A stretch of DNA of 64,000 nucleotides from Actinomycetota bacterium (GTDB lineage: Bacteria > Actinomycetota > Actinomycetes > Nanopelagicales > Nanopelagicaceae). Positions 43,568-52,915 of this stretch are shown here, one piece after another (the stretch's first letter is position 1; each line of letters opens with the position of its first letter). Where the stretch lies: positions 42,294 through 106,293 of the forward strand of contig JBJONF010000001.1 of NCBI GenBank assembly GCA_046051985.1, in the 5' to 3' direction. Both the position numbers and the translations under genes were made by a program. The notes below the pieces were generated by a model. That model was not told where the DNA came from. It did not search any database and worked only from the letters and a program-made list of their open reading frames with translations.

Positions 43568-43741
43568 ATGATCATTGATTGTTCTACCTGCACTATGGCC
43601 GCAATCGCATGCAACACATGTGTGGTCTCCTTCTTTCTCGATAAAACCTCCCAAATCAGCGATGAGACTGTGGGTGCGTTGACCGTACTTGCTGAGAGCG
43701 GGCTGACACCGCCACTGCAATTTAACGCTCGCACCGCCTGA
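43568..43741 (+). CDS. Small CxxC-x6-CxxC protein, 57 aa (not in ORF track)
   Basis: Hand translation: MIIDCSTCTMAAIACNTCVVSFFLDKTSQISDETVGALTVLAESGLTPPLQFNARTA*. Correctly spaced leaderless promoter, and it fills an otherwise empty gap. Confidence 0.8.
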   Translation: MIIDCSTCTMAAIACNTCVVSFFLDKTSQISDETVGALTVLAESGLTPPLQFNARTA

Positions 43742-43817
43742 TCAACGCTCAAATTCACAGCCGAATTAGCGCTGTTGAGGTTGAGTGGTGGGTCTAGGCG
43801 CGGTTAGCCTTAACCCT

Positions 43818-44822
43818 ATGTCTTTCTGGCTTCGAGTTGTCTCCGCTCTTGCGGTGATGGCTGGTGTTTTGGCACCGGTCAGTGCAACAGCTGCCCCATC
43901 TTTGGCTGAAGTCAAAGCCAAAGTACGTCAATTAGAAGAGGATGCAACCGCCGCTGCCGAAGGTGCGCAAGAGGCGAAGGTGAAGTTAGCCGCCCTAACC
44001 AAGACCCTTAACGGAATCAAAGCCAAGGCAGAGATCCAAGGCCAAACAGTTTCGGCACTTCAAAAATCATTAGGCACAATCGCAATCGAACAGTATAAAA
44101 ATGGTGGCTTTGGTCAGAGCTTTGAACTGCTTTTTTCATCTGACCCAGCCTTGTACCTCTCATCTGCTGGTGCGCTAGACGCCATCACGCGAAGCAAATC
44201 TGCCCAGCTTCGAAAGTTTGAGACGGCGCAACAGAGATTAAATGCAACGACCCTAACTGTGAACGACAAGGTAGCCCTGGTAGCTGCGGCTCAAAAGAAG
44301 TTAACTGCCCAATCAGCATTAGCTCAAAAGAAGTTAGCCGAGGCAGAAAAGCTTTTGTCCAAGTTATCCAAAGCTGAGCGCGAAAGATTGGCACGGTTGG
44401 CAGAGGATGAGGAAAACGCTGATCAAGCCTCATCATTAAAGGCTGCCCAAAGTGCCAGCGGAGTTTCAGGAAGAGCTGGAACTGCAATTAAATACGCCCT
44501 TGCGCAAATTGGCGATCGATATGTTTTCGGCGCAGCCGGAATGACAACCTGGGACTGTTCAGGATTGACGATGCGTGCCTTTAAGACAGCGGGAGTTTCA
44601 CTTCCACATTCATCTGCGGCGCAATCTCGACTTGGTAAGAAAGTTTCCCTAAAGGCGCTGAAGCCAGGTGATCTTTTGTTCTTTGGTCGTCCAGTTTCAC
44701 ATGTAGGTATCTATTTAGGTGGCGGAAAGATGGTTCATGCTCCGCGCTCTGGGTCACGCGTAAAAGTGGCATCTAGCGGATCGTTGGGAAGAAAACCTCT
44801 AGTTGGAGCTCGTCGTTTCTAG
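43818..44822 (+). CDS. Secreted NlpC/P60 peptidoglycan endopeptidase with coiled coil (RipC-like)
   Basis: Signal peptide, coiled coil, DCSGL / HVGIY / MVHA catalytic residues. ATG 43818 follows TAGCCT. Confidence 0.92.
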   Translation: MSFWLRVVSALAVMAGVLAPVSATAAPSLAEVKAKVRQLEEDATAAAEGAQEAKVKLAALTKTLNGIKAKAEIQGQTVSALQKSLGTIAIEQYKNGGFGQSFELLFSSDPALYLSSAGALDAITRSKSAQLRKFETAQQRLNATTLTVNDKVALVAAAQKKLTAQSALAQKKLAEAEKLLSKLSKAERERLARLAEDEENADQASSLKAAQSASGVSGRAGTAIKYALAQIGDRYVFGAAGMTTWDCSGLTMRAFKTAGVSLPHSSAAQSRLGKKVSLKALKPGDLLFFGRPVSHVGIYLGGGKMVHAPRSGSRVKVASSGSLGRKPLVGARRF

Positions 44823-45951
44823 TCCAGTCCTTTTCGTTACCAATGACTTTGGACCACGCGCAGGTGGCATCGAAACTTTTGTCATTGGTTTGATTGAACG
44901 CAGACCATTTGGTCAGACAATTGTGTATACCTCGGCGCAAAGTGGCTCAGAAGAGTATGACAAAGCATGGAAATCTGAGTTTGGAGTTACGGTCTTCCGA
45001 GATAGGGCCAAAATTTTGTTACCAACTCCTCGAGTTGCACGAAACCTTGCACGAATCATCAAAGAAACGAACATCCAGGTAGCAGCATTTGGTGCTGCTG
45101 CGCCTTTGGGATTGTTATCCGCTTCTATGAAGAGAGCAGGTGTTCGAAAAACAGTTGCATTAACTCATGGTCATGAAGTCTGGTGGGCTAAGGTTTTTCC
45201 TTTCAATCTCGCATTACGTCGCATCGGAACAACTGTTGACTCACTGACCTTTCTGGGCGATTTCACTCAGCAGGCGATCTCTCGAGCTTTTTCTCCGGTA
45301 TCCGCGCAGCGCATGGTAAAAATTGCACCTGGCATCGATGTTGATCATTTCGTGCCACAAGATGCAAGCCAGTTACGCAAAGAACTGAAGTTAGAAAACA
45401 AGCGAGTCATAGTTTCTGTTGGGCGCCTGGTGCACCGAAAGGGACAGGATCACTTGATTCAATCCTTGCCCGAAATTCTAAAGAGTGTTCCAGATGCTCA
45501 TGTGTTGCTGGTGGGCCAAGGGCCATATCTTCCACACCTAAAAAAGTTAGTGACACGCCATAACGTGGCTGAGCATGTCAGCTTCATCGGACGAATTCAG
45601 TATGCCCAATTGCCTCAATACATTTGTGCCGGAGATGTTTTTGCAATGCCATCGCGTTCTCGATTCTTTGGCTTAGAAGTTGAAGGTTTAGGAATCGTTT
45701 ACTTGGAAGCAAGTGCCTGTGGATTACCGGTCATTGCTGGATCATCTGGGGGAGCACCGGATGCCGTTCTTAACGGCGTTACTGGATTTGTTGTAGACGG
45801 GCAGAACAATCAAGAAATAGCTGCAGCCGCAATTAGATTATTAAGCGATATGGATCAAGCCAAGAAGATGGGCGCAGCTGGTCGTGAATGGATTATCGAA
45901 AACTGGCGTTGGGAAATCTGGTCGCAGCGCTTCAATAAACTTTTACAGTAA
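44803..45951 (+). CDS. GT4 glycosyltransferase, PimB'-like mannosyltransferase
   Basis: TNDFGPRAGGIE, THGHEVWW, VGRLVHRKGQD, EGLGIVYLEA. Confidence 0.88.
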   Translation: MELVVSSPVLFVTNDFGPRAGGIETFVIGLIERRPFGQTIVYTSAQSGSEEYDKAWKSEFGVTVFRDRAKILLPTPRVARNLARIIKETNIQVAAFGAAAPLGLLSASMKRAGVRKTVALTHGHEVWWAKVFPFNLALRRIGTTVDSLTFLGDFTQQAISRAFSPVSAQRMVKIAPGIDVDHFVPQDASQLRKELKLENKRVIVSVGRLVHRKGQDHLIQSLPEILKSVPDAHVLLVGQGPYLPHLKKLVTRHNVAEHVSFIGRIQYAQLPQYICAGDVFAMPSRSRFFGLEVEGLGIVYLEASACGLPVIAGSSGGAPDAVLNGVTGFVVDGQNNQEIAAAAIRLLSDMDQAKKMGAAGREWIIENWRWEIWSQRFNKLLQ

Positions 45952-46545
45952 GAATCCGTTATCGCGGGCAATCTTTGCCGCCGCTGTCCGATTACTGCAT
46001 TGAAGCTTTCTCATCAGCGCTGAGATGTGTGTTTTCACTGTTGACAGGCTTATGTAAAGCTTTGAAGAAATATCTAGATTGCTTGCACCCTCTGCTAACA
46101 AGTAAAGAACTTCAATTTCTCTGGGCGTTAAATCAAAATCGCGAGGTTGATCTGCGGTTAAGGCGCTGGTAAATGAGCCAGGATTTGATAGTGCGAAGGT
46201 GACGGAAGAGATTATTTCCTGCATTGATTGACTCTTGGATAAATACGCATTTGCTCCCGAACTACGGGCTATTTTTATGAATTGGGCTGGATCATTTAGG
46301 GAAAGAATGATGATGGCGACCTCTGCTGAATGCTTTCGTAACCATTGAACAATCTCTAACCCAGATCCATCCGAAAGATTGAGATCAACAATTACAGCCT
46401 CAGGATTAAACGCTGCAATTTTGGCACGAGCCTCGTTGATGCTGCTAGCGGTTTCAATGGCTGCGAACCCTTTCTTTTCGAAAGCTTGGACGAGGCCCTG
46501 ACGAACTACTGCATGGTCATCAATGATTAGTAGCCGCGTCATCAC
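45943..46545 (-). CDS. NarL/LuxR-family response regulator
   Basis: IIDDH, VIVDL phospho-acceptor Asp, conserved Lys; LTPREIEVL..STVKTH HTH. Confidence 0.92.
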   Translation of the reverse strand: MMTRLLIIDDHAVVRQGLVQAFEKKGFAAIETASSINEARAKIAAFNPEAVIVDLNLSDGSGLEIVQWLRKHSAEVAIIILSLNDPAQFIKIARSSGANAYLSKSQSMQEIISSVTFALSNPGSFTSALTADQPRDFDLTPREIEVLYLLAEGASNLDISSKLYISLSTVKTHISALMRKLQCSNRTAAAKIARDNGFLL

Positions 46546-47015
46546 CTATCCAATGGGATTCGTACTCCAATCCTTGTTCCTTCTGGATCTGAATCAATAG
46601 TGATTTCCCCATTGAGTTTTTCAACCCGCTCTTGTATGCCAGCAATACCGAATGAGCCCTCTTTGCTTTTGACTCCACCGACGCCATCATCAGTAATTTG
46701 GATATCGCAATAGGTTGCACCTGAATGCTTTTCAATGTTGCGCAACACTTCCTGAACAACTCGCAAGGTTTCAAACATTGTGTCGACTTGGCCTGCGGGG
46801 GCGATAAGCGGGGCTGAAGAGCGTAATTCATGCATCTGTAACCGCACTTTTTCGATTAGTTCTGTTGTAGTAAATCTGATCTGGCGTAGCGAATTCTTTA
46901 CTTCAGTTTCCTGACAGAGAGAAATGGCATGATCCATGGAAAAGCCCAGGACAACTAAGTCCTGGGCGATGCCATCGTGAATTTCTTGTGCGAGGGTTAC
47001 CCGCTCATTGTTCAC
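46542..47015 (-). CDS. Minimal HisKA_3-type histidine kinase without sensor or TM domains
   Basis: H box LAQEIHDGIAQ, N box EVLRNIEKHS, G1 DDGVG, G2 GSFGIAG; only 157 aa. Confidence 0.82.
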   Translation of the reverse strand: MNNERVTLAQEIHDGIAQDLVVLGFSMDHAISLCQETEVKNSLRQIRFTTTELIEKVRLQMHELRSSAPLIAPAGQVDTMFETLRVVQEVLRNIEKHSGATYCDIQITDDGVGGVKSKEGSFGIAGIQERVEKLNGEITIDSDPEGTRIGVRIPLDR

Positions 47016-48802
47016 TTTGCGAACAATGCGTCAATTTCTTTCGCAAACTCCTTCGCAACTACATGTCGCTTAACGGAAAGCTTGGCAGTTAAATGTCCAC
47101 CAGCAATTGTGAAGTCAGTTGAAAGCAGGGTGAATTTACGGATTGATTCAGCCTTACTGACAGCCTTATTGGCTTCATCAACTGCGGTCTGAATAACTGC
47201 GATCAGATCTGGATCATTGACCAAATCACCAATCGCTGCGCCATCCTTCTTATTATTGGCAACCCATGCCTTTAGTGCATCTGGATCAAGTGTGACCAAG
47301 GCTGCGATGAATGGCTGATTGTCTCCAACAACCATGCACTGGCTCACTAGTGGGTGCGCGCGAAGTCGATCTTCAAGTACAGCTGGTGCAACGTTTTTTC
47401 CACCAGCAGTAACAATGAGTTCCTTCTTGCGTCCAACGATGTAGAGGAAGCCATCTTCATCAAGCTTTCCTAGGTCGCCAGATTTAAACCAGCGCTCTGA
47501 ATCAAATACTTCATCATTTGCTGCCTGATTTTGCCAGTAACCATCCATGACGATGGGGCCACGTAGAAGCACTTCGCCATCTTCTGCAATCTTTACAGAA
47601 GTACCTGGAATTGGGCGACCAACAGAACCAACGCGTTGTGCCCCAACTAAATTCAGAGTTGCACCAGCAGTTGTTTCAGTTAAACCGTAACCCTCAAGAA
47701 CGGTTACTCCAGCACCACGATAGAAGTGACCAAGGCGCGCACCAAGCGGTGCACCTCCTGAGATCGCAGCTTCAACGCGTCCACCCATTCCTGCGCGGAT
47801 TTTGCTGTAGACCAACTTGTCGAAGAGGCCATGCTTGAGCTTAAGAATCGGTGAAACCTTCTTCTTATCAAGTGCTTCCGAATACGCAATTGCAACTGAA
47901 GCCGCCTTGCGGAAGATATCTCCCTTTCCTGCAGCTTCAGCTTTTGCTTCTGCGCCGTTATAGATCTTTTCAAAGATACGTGGAACTGCCAACACAAATG
48001 TTGGCTTAAATGAAGCAAGATCCATCGGCAAACGACCAACAGGATCGCTGCAATGTGCCATATGCAAACCGGCAGTAATCGAACCGATCTGGACCATGCG
48101 ACCAAAAACGTGTGCAACTGGAAGGAACAACAGTGTTGATCCACCAGGCTTTAGGAAGAGCTCGCTTGCACCTTGAACAACATTGCCGCACTCGGAAAGG
48201 AAGTTCGCATGCGATAGCTGAACACCCTTTGGCTTGCCGGTTGTTCCAGATGTGTAGATAAGAGTTGCAAGTGATGCTGGCGTTAATGCATCGCGACGGC
48301 GATCGATTTCATCATCACCAATGTGCTTGCCTGCTTCGCGCAAAACAGTCAGCACATCATCAGTCATCGTCCACACGTGTCGCGTGTGTGATGGCTGGAC
48401 CGTCTTTACAAGTTCGGCAAGTGCTGGAGTCTCAACAATGATTGCAATTGAATGTGAATCATTGAGGATCCAATCAATCTGTTCTGCAGAAGATGTGTCA
48501 TAAATTGGAACAACGACGCCGCCGGCAAACCAGGTCGCAAAATCCAGAATGGTCCACTCGTAACGCGTACGCGCCATGATGGCAACGCGATCGCCGATTT
48601 GAACACCGGATGCGATCAAGCCTTTGGCTGTTGCGCGAATCTCTTCTTCAACTTCGCGAGCCGTTACAGGTTGCCATCCCTCGCCTAGTGGGCGAGACAT
48701 GATGATGCGCTCTGGTTCAAACCAGGCGCGTTCAGCGATCAGATTTGTGAGGTTTCCGGCAGTTGCTGCGGGAACTAGTGGCGGGATTGAGATTTCATTC
48801 AT
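47012..48802 (-). CDS. fadD: Long-chain fatty-acid--CoA ligase (FadD15-like)
   Basis: YTSGTTGKPKG, EGYGLTE, SGDLG, GRKKELIVTAGGKNV. Confidence 0.92.
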   Translation of the reverse strand: MNEISIPPLVPAATAGNLTNLIAERAWFEPERIIMSRPLGEGWQPVTAREVEEEIRATAKGLIASGVQIGDRVAIMARTRYEWTILDFATWFAGGVVVPIYDTSSAEQIDWILNDSHSIAIIVETPALAELVKTVQPSHTRHVWTMTDDVLTVLREAGKHIGDDEIDRRRDALTPASLATLIYTSGTTGKPKGVQLSHANFLSECGNVVQGASELFLKPGGSTLLFLPVAHVFGRMVQIGSITAGLHMAHCSDPVGRLPMDLASFKPTFVLAVPRIFEKIYNGAEAKAEAAGKGDIFRKAASVAIAYSEALDKKKVSPILKLKHGLFDKLVYSKIRAGMGGRVEAAISGGAPLGARLGHFYRGAGVTVLEGYGLTETTAGATLNLVGAQRVGSVGRPIPGTSVKIAEDGEVLLRGPIVMDGYWQNQAANDEVFDSERWFKSGDLGKLDEDGFLYIVGRKKELIVTAGGKNVAPAVLEDRLRAHPLVSQCMVVGDNQPFIAALVTLDPDALKAWVANNKKDGAAIGDLVNDPDLIAVIQTAVDEANKAVSKAESIRKFTLLSTDFTIAGGHLTAKLSVKRHVVAKEFAKEIDALFAK

Positions 48803-48856
48803 GGGGGGAACGGTAGCGTGGAGGCGGATAAAAGGGGAAGAGGGTAGCCTTGCGCC

Positions 48857-49294
48857 ATGACAGATCTCAGCAAATCGTTAGTATCCATCGATGCACCTAT
48901 TGCCGATGTTCAAAAGGCGCTTTTCGAATTAGACAAGTATCCAGAGTGGTCGACACAGATCAAGAGCGCAGAAGCCTTGGCCCATGATGATCAGGGGCGT
49001 ATCACCAAGGTAAAGATGAGCATTGATGCGGGAATGATGAAGGATCGTCCGACCCTTGATTATGACTGGAGCCAGGCTCCCAACAAGCTTTCCTTTTCCC
49101 TTGATGAGGCAGACCTACTGACCGGTATGGACGGGATTTACACAATCACAAGTATTGATGCCGAAACAACTGAGGTCACATATGAACTCGGAGTCACGCT
49201 GTCGATGAATATTCCAGCGATGATGCGTCAAAAGGCAGAGAAGGCAACTATTGATGCCGCTCTTGCTCAATTGAAGTCACATCTCGAATCCTAA
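48857..49294 (+). CDS. SRPBCC/START-fold (polyketide cyclase-like) protein
   Basis: IDAP...YPEW...GIYTI...VTYEL pattern; usual neighbour of fadD15 and glk. Confidence 0.82.
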   Translation: MTDLSKSLVSIDAPIADVQKALFELDKYPEWSTQIKSAEALAHDDQGRITKVKMSIDAGMMKDRPTLDYDWSQAPNKLSFSLDEADLLTGMDGIYTITSIDAETTEVTYELGVTLSMNIPAMMRQKAEKATIDAALAQLKSHLES

Positions 49295-49301
49295 AAATCC
49301 G

Positions 49302-50246
49302 ATGGGTAACACGATCGGGATTGATGTAGGAGGCACCAAAGTTCTCGGTGGCGTGGTTGATGAGAATGGAAAAATTCTTGCAACTGCGCGAAAAGAAACT
49401 CCGCGTCAAGGTGGTGTTGAACTCACGCGCACGATCGCCGATACTGCCAAAGAGTTGATGGCTCAGTTTGATGTTACTTCTGTCGGTGTTTCTGCTGCAG
49501 GATTTGTTTCATCAGATCGAAAGACCATGCTCGCAACTCCAAATATTGCGGACTGGAACGGTATTGATTTAGATGCAGAGCTAACAGCTCAAATCGGTCT
49601 TCCAGTTGTTATTGAAAATGATGCCAATGCAGCAGCGTGGGGCGAAGCAAAGTTCGGCGCGGGACGAAATCAAAACCACATGATGATGCTGACCGTTGGT
49701 ACAGGAATTGGTGGCGGCATTGTCGTCAATGGTTCGCTCTACCGCGGGGCTTTCGGAATTGCCGCAGAGTTTGGGCATCTTCGAGTTGTTCCGGATGGGC
49801 ATTTATGTGGATGTGGCGCACGAGGTTGTTTTGAACAATACGCATCAGGAAATGCTTTGCTACGTCATGCTCGCGAAGCAATAAATGCCAGCCCCGAAAT
49901 AGCACGAAATCTTTTGTCACGAGGCGATGGAACAGTTGCGGGGTTAACTGGCCAAGCAATTACCGATGCCGCACGCGATGGTGATCCAGTTGCACTTGCT
50001 GCTTTTAATACAACTGGACAATGGCTTGGTGCAGGAATTGCATCACTGTCTGTTTTATTAGATCCAGCCTGCGTAGTTATTGGCGGGGGAGTAATTGATG
50101 CGGGTGAAATATTGTTAAAGCCGACCCGCGAAGCACTTGAACGCACTATGCCTTTTGCAGGAAAGCACCCTTATCCCGAATTGATTGCTGCAGAACTAGG
50201 CAATGAAGCTGGCCTTGTTGGCGTCGCAGATTTAGCTCGCGCCTAA
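49302..50246 (+). CDS. glk: ROK-family glucokinase
   Basis: GIDVGGTK, ENDANAA, GTGIGGG, EFGH, CGCGARGCFE. Confidence 0.92.
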   Translation: MGNTIGIDVGGTKVLGGVVDENGKILATARKETPRQGGVELTRTIADTAKELMAQFDVTSVGVSAAGFVSSDRKTMLATPNIADWNGIDLDAELTAQIGLPVVIENDANAAAWGEAKFGAGRNQNHMMMLTVGTGIGGGIVVNGSLYRGAFGIAAEFGHLRVVPDGHLCGCGARGCFEQYASGNALLRHAREAINASPEIARNLLSRGDGTVAGLTGQAITDAARDGDPVALAAFNTTGQWLGAGIASLSVLLDPACVVIGGGVIDAGEILLKPTREALERTMPFAGKHPYPELIAAELGNEAGLVGVADLARA

Positions 50247-51238
50247 TTTTCAAAAGGGTACTTCAAGCCAATCTGTTCCCGGACCGTATCCAAGGTTTTC
50301 ATAATGTCTACTGTGTCTTTCCAGGTCAGAATTTCGGACTCAAGATTTCCAGATTGAAGTAATTGCTTGAAAGTTTCGGCTTGCTCTCTTAAGCCATGAC
50401 CTGTGTAGGTGTTTGGATACTCAGTGACAGTCCCATTATTTAAAACTACGCGCATGGCAGCAGGGTTATAAAAAGTGCGATCAATTTCCAGCCAGCCATT
50501 TAATCCCGCAACAACTGCTCGGCATGGTGTTTGCTCAACCATTGTTGTTGTAAGGACGGCTTGCGCTCCACTTTCGTAAGTAAAAATCATAGATGTTCGT
50601 GCATCTACACCTTTATCTGTCATTTCCGCATGTGATGTTATGTGCGACGGATTACCTAAAACCATGTGGGCAAATGAAACTGGATAAATTCCAAGATCAA
50701 GTAATGCACCCCCTGCTAAAGCCGGTTCGATCAATCGTGCAATACCTTGATCTGCAAGGCGTTGTCCATGATCTGCCTGAATTGAAAGTATTGGCCCTAG
50801 AACACCTGATTCAACAATCTCTCGTACCTTTGCATAATGTGGCAAGAACCGAGCCCACATCGCCTCCATCAGCGCAACCCCATTACGAGTTGCCGCATCA
50901 ACCATGGCTTGTGCTTCTCTGGCATTTACTGCGAATGGTTTTTCACACAGAACTGGCTTACCCGCATTGAGCGCTAAAATTACATTGTCATGATGTGCTG
51001 GATGTGGAGTTGCAACATAAATCGCATCAATAGCAGGATCGGCAACAAGTTCTTCGTAACTTCCATAAGCGGTGCCACCAAACTGTGCCGAAAACTTTTG
51101 CGCATTATCAAGTGAGCGCGATCCAACCGCACCGATTGTGTGTCCTTGAATAAAGGTGAGATCTTGCGCAAATGCCCGAGCTATACCGCCGGGTCCTAAA
51201 ATTCCCCAGCTAAATTTTTTAGAGCCAGAATTACTCAC
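50243..51238 (-). CDS. Gfo/Idh/MocA oxidoreductase
   Basis: WGILGPGGIA, CEKPF, GGALLDLGIYP. Confidence 0.9.
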   Translation of the reverse strand: MSNSGSKKFSWGILGPGGIARAFAQDLTFIQGHTIGAVGSRSLDNAQKFSAQFGGTAYGSYEELVADPAIDAIYVATPHPAHHDNVILALNAGKPVLCEKPFAVNAREAQAMVDAATRNGVALMEAMWARFLPHYAKVREIVESGVLGPILSIQADHGQRLADQGIARLIEPALAGGALLDLGIYPVSFAHMVLGNPSHITSHAEMTDKGVDARTSMIFTYESGAQAVLTTTMVEQTPCRAVVAGLNGWLEIDRTFYNPAAMRVVLNNGTVTEYPNTYTGHGLREQAETFKQLLQSGNLESEILTWKDTVDIMKTLDTVREQIGLKYPFEN

Positions 51239-51498
51239 AGCGCCGCTCCATCATCATCGCGATTGCTTCGGTGAAACCATCTTTTTATTGCGTTGCGAGC
51301 TGAATAAATAAATCCGCGAGGTGTTTGCGGTAAAGGATTAGGTTGAATAAAGCCTTCCTGATCAATTCGATCTAGATCATCAAGATATGTTGATGGGGTT
51401 GATTGATCCAGATTGAGCCCTGACACAATCGAATCGAACTCTGAGCGGATTAACTCCTCTTCATCAAAGCCATCAGGCTCTTTTTTCTCATTACTCAC
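51235..51498 (-). CDS. Small acidic hypothetical protein
   Basis: 87-aa ORF overlapping the next start (GTGA). EFDSIVSGL...DDDGAAL resembles conserved actinobacterial hypotheticals near glk. Confidence 0.65.
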   Translation of the reverse strand: MSNEKKEPDGFDEEELIRSEFDSIVSGLNLDQSTPSTYLDDLDRIDQEGFIQPNPLPQTPRGFIYSARNAIKRWFHRSNRDDDGAAL

Positions 51499-51542
51499 CC
51501 TCAGATAGTGTCATAGTCGTCAATAGCCACTAAATTAGACCC

Positions 51543-52235
51543 GTGCTCAACAACCTGCCCTACGGAACCTTGCGGGCATTTCTGACCCCATTTTTGATGT
51601 TGGCTTTTCGCCCCAAGGTTCGGGGGCTAAGAAACGTGCCATCTAAGGGGCCAGTGATCATTGCTTCCAACCATCTTTCATTTAGTGATTCAATTTTCAT
51701 GCCATTAGTTGTTCCTCGCAAAGTCACCTTCTTGGCCAAGAGCGAATATTTCACATCACCTGGTCCTAAAGGATTACTAAAGAAGTTGACCTTCATCGCG
51801 CTGGGTCAGGTTCCAGTTGATCGTTCTGGTGGTCGCCGTAGCGAAGCTGCATTGATTACAGGTTTAAAGGTTTTGGCTGATGGAGACTGCATCGGAATTT
51901 ATCCAGAAGGCACCAGATCACCTGATGGCAGGTTGTATAAAGGACGCACCGGAATTGCACGATTAGCAATTGAATCTGGTGCACCAGTTGTGCCGGTTGC
52001 GATGTCAAACACCGACAAGATTCAACCAACAGGCAAGGTGATTCCAAATGTGAAGCGTGTTGGAATGCATTTCGGCGAGCCGATGTACTTTGATGGAGAT
52101 TCAACTGATCTGCAGCACTTAAGAGATGTCACCGATCAAATCATGAACGCAATTCATGCAATGTCAGGCCAGGAGTACATCGATATCTATGCTCCAAAAA
52201 AAGCAAAGCTTGGCGAAGTTACGGAAGAGGATTAA
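51543..52235 (+). CDS. Lysophospholipid acyltransferase (PlsC family)
   Basis: SNHLSFSD, FLAKSEYF, YPEGTRS. Confidence 0.92.
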   Translation: MLNNLPYGTLRAFLTPFLMLAFRPKVRGLRNVPSKGPVIIASNHLSFSDSIFMPLVVPRKVTFLAKSEYFTSPGPKGLLKKLTFIALGQVPVDRSGGRRSEAALITGLKVLADGDCIGIYPEGTRSPDGRLYKGRTGIARLAIESGAPVVPVAMSNTDKIQPTGKVIPNVKRVGMHFGEPMYFDGDSTDLQHLRDVTDQIMNAIHAMSGQEYIDIYAPKKAKLGEVTEED

Positions 52236-52909
52236 TCCAAAGCGTTTCTGGCAACCAGATAAGTACAAGTTTGGCACTCACTTCCGGCATCAGGTAGATC
52301 GCCTTCAAGTACATCAATGAATTCACCGATTACCTTTAAGAAGTTAGTTTGATCGCGCTCTACCGGAACATATTTCTGCATAACACCAAAACCATATTCG
52401 TTGGCATTGCTTCCGATAGCTGTAGTTGGTCGCCAGACAAGCAAACCCATAGATGCAACAGATTGAGCCTTACCCGCTGCAGGATTTTCTAGGGCATATG
52501 CGTAGGCCTCAAGTTGGGGGGAGTAGAACTGGCCACTATCGCGTTGGCTATCTGAAACTTTGCAATCGATTAAACCAATACTTCCATCATCATTTGTTGA
52601 AACGAGATCGTACTTCCCAAGAATTCTCCAGCGACTTTCTGCGCCATTTACGATCAATGGCTTGCTCTTAACCCATTCGCCCCATTTACTGACCTTACCT
52701 GGGCGAAGTGATGGATCAATGGTTGGCATATCCGCACCTTGGAAGTGTTCTTCCTGCAATGCAGCCATTGTTCCCACAAGCGGAAAAGCGCCAGGCATCG
52801 TGACTTTGTACCAATACTTAATCCACAAACATCTTTTGCAGGTGGATAAACCAAAGGTGAGATCTGATGGAGAAATATTTTCACGGGCGGGTTTGGCAGG
52901 TTTAATCAT
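52232..52909 (-). CDS. Stand-alone PD-(D/E)XK nuclease, Cas4/RecB-like, with four paired Cys
   Basis: ISPSDL..CKRC at the N-terminus; GKYD, IDCK and QLEAY nuclease motifs; C-terminal CQTC. Confidence 0.85.
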   Translation of the reverse strand: MIKPAKPARENISPSDLTFGLSTCKRCLWIKYWYKVTMPGAFPLVGTMAALQEEHFQGADMPTIDPSLRPGKVSKWGEWVKSKPLIVNGAESRWRILGKYDLVSTNDDGSIGLIDCKVSDSQRDSGQFYSPQLEAYAYALENPAAGKAQSVASMGLLVWRPTTAIGSNANEYGFGVMQKYVPVERDQTNFLKVIGEFIDVLEGDLPDAGSECQTCTYLVARNALD

Positions 52910-52915
52910 GTGCTT

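Noticed and set aside
43523-43758. Two minus-strand ORFs (65 and 75 aa) in the ORF track, one with CVACDCGH
   Set aside because: They are antisense shadows of the plus-strand 57-aa ORF, which has a properly spaced promoter and paired CxxC motifs.
52232-52909. CRISPR-Cas system implied by the Cas4-like gene
   Set aside because: No repeat-spacer array and no other cas gene seen in the window.
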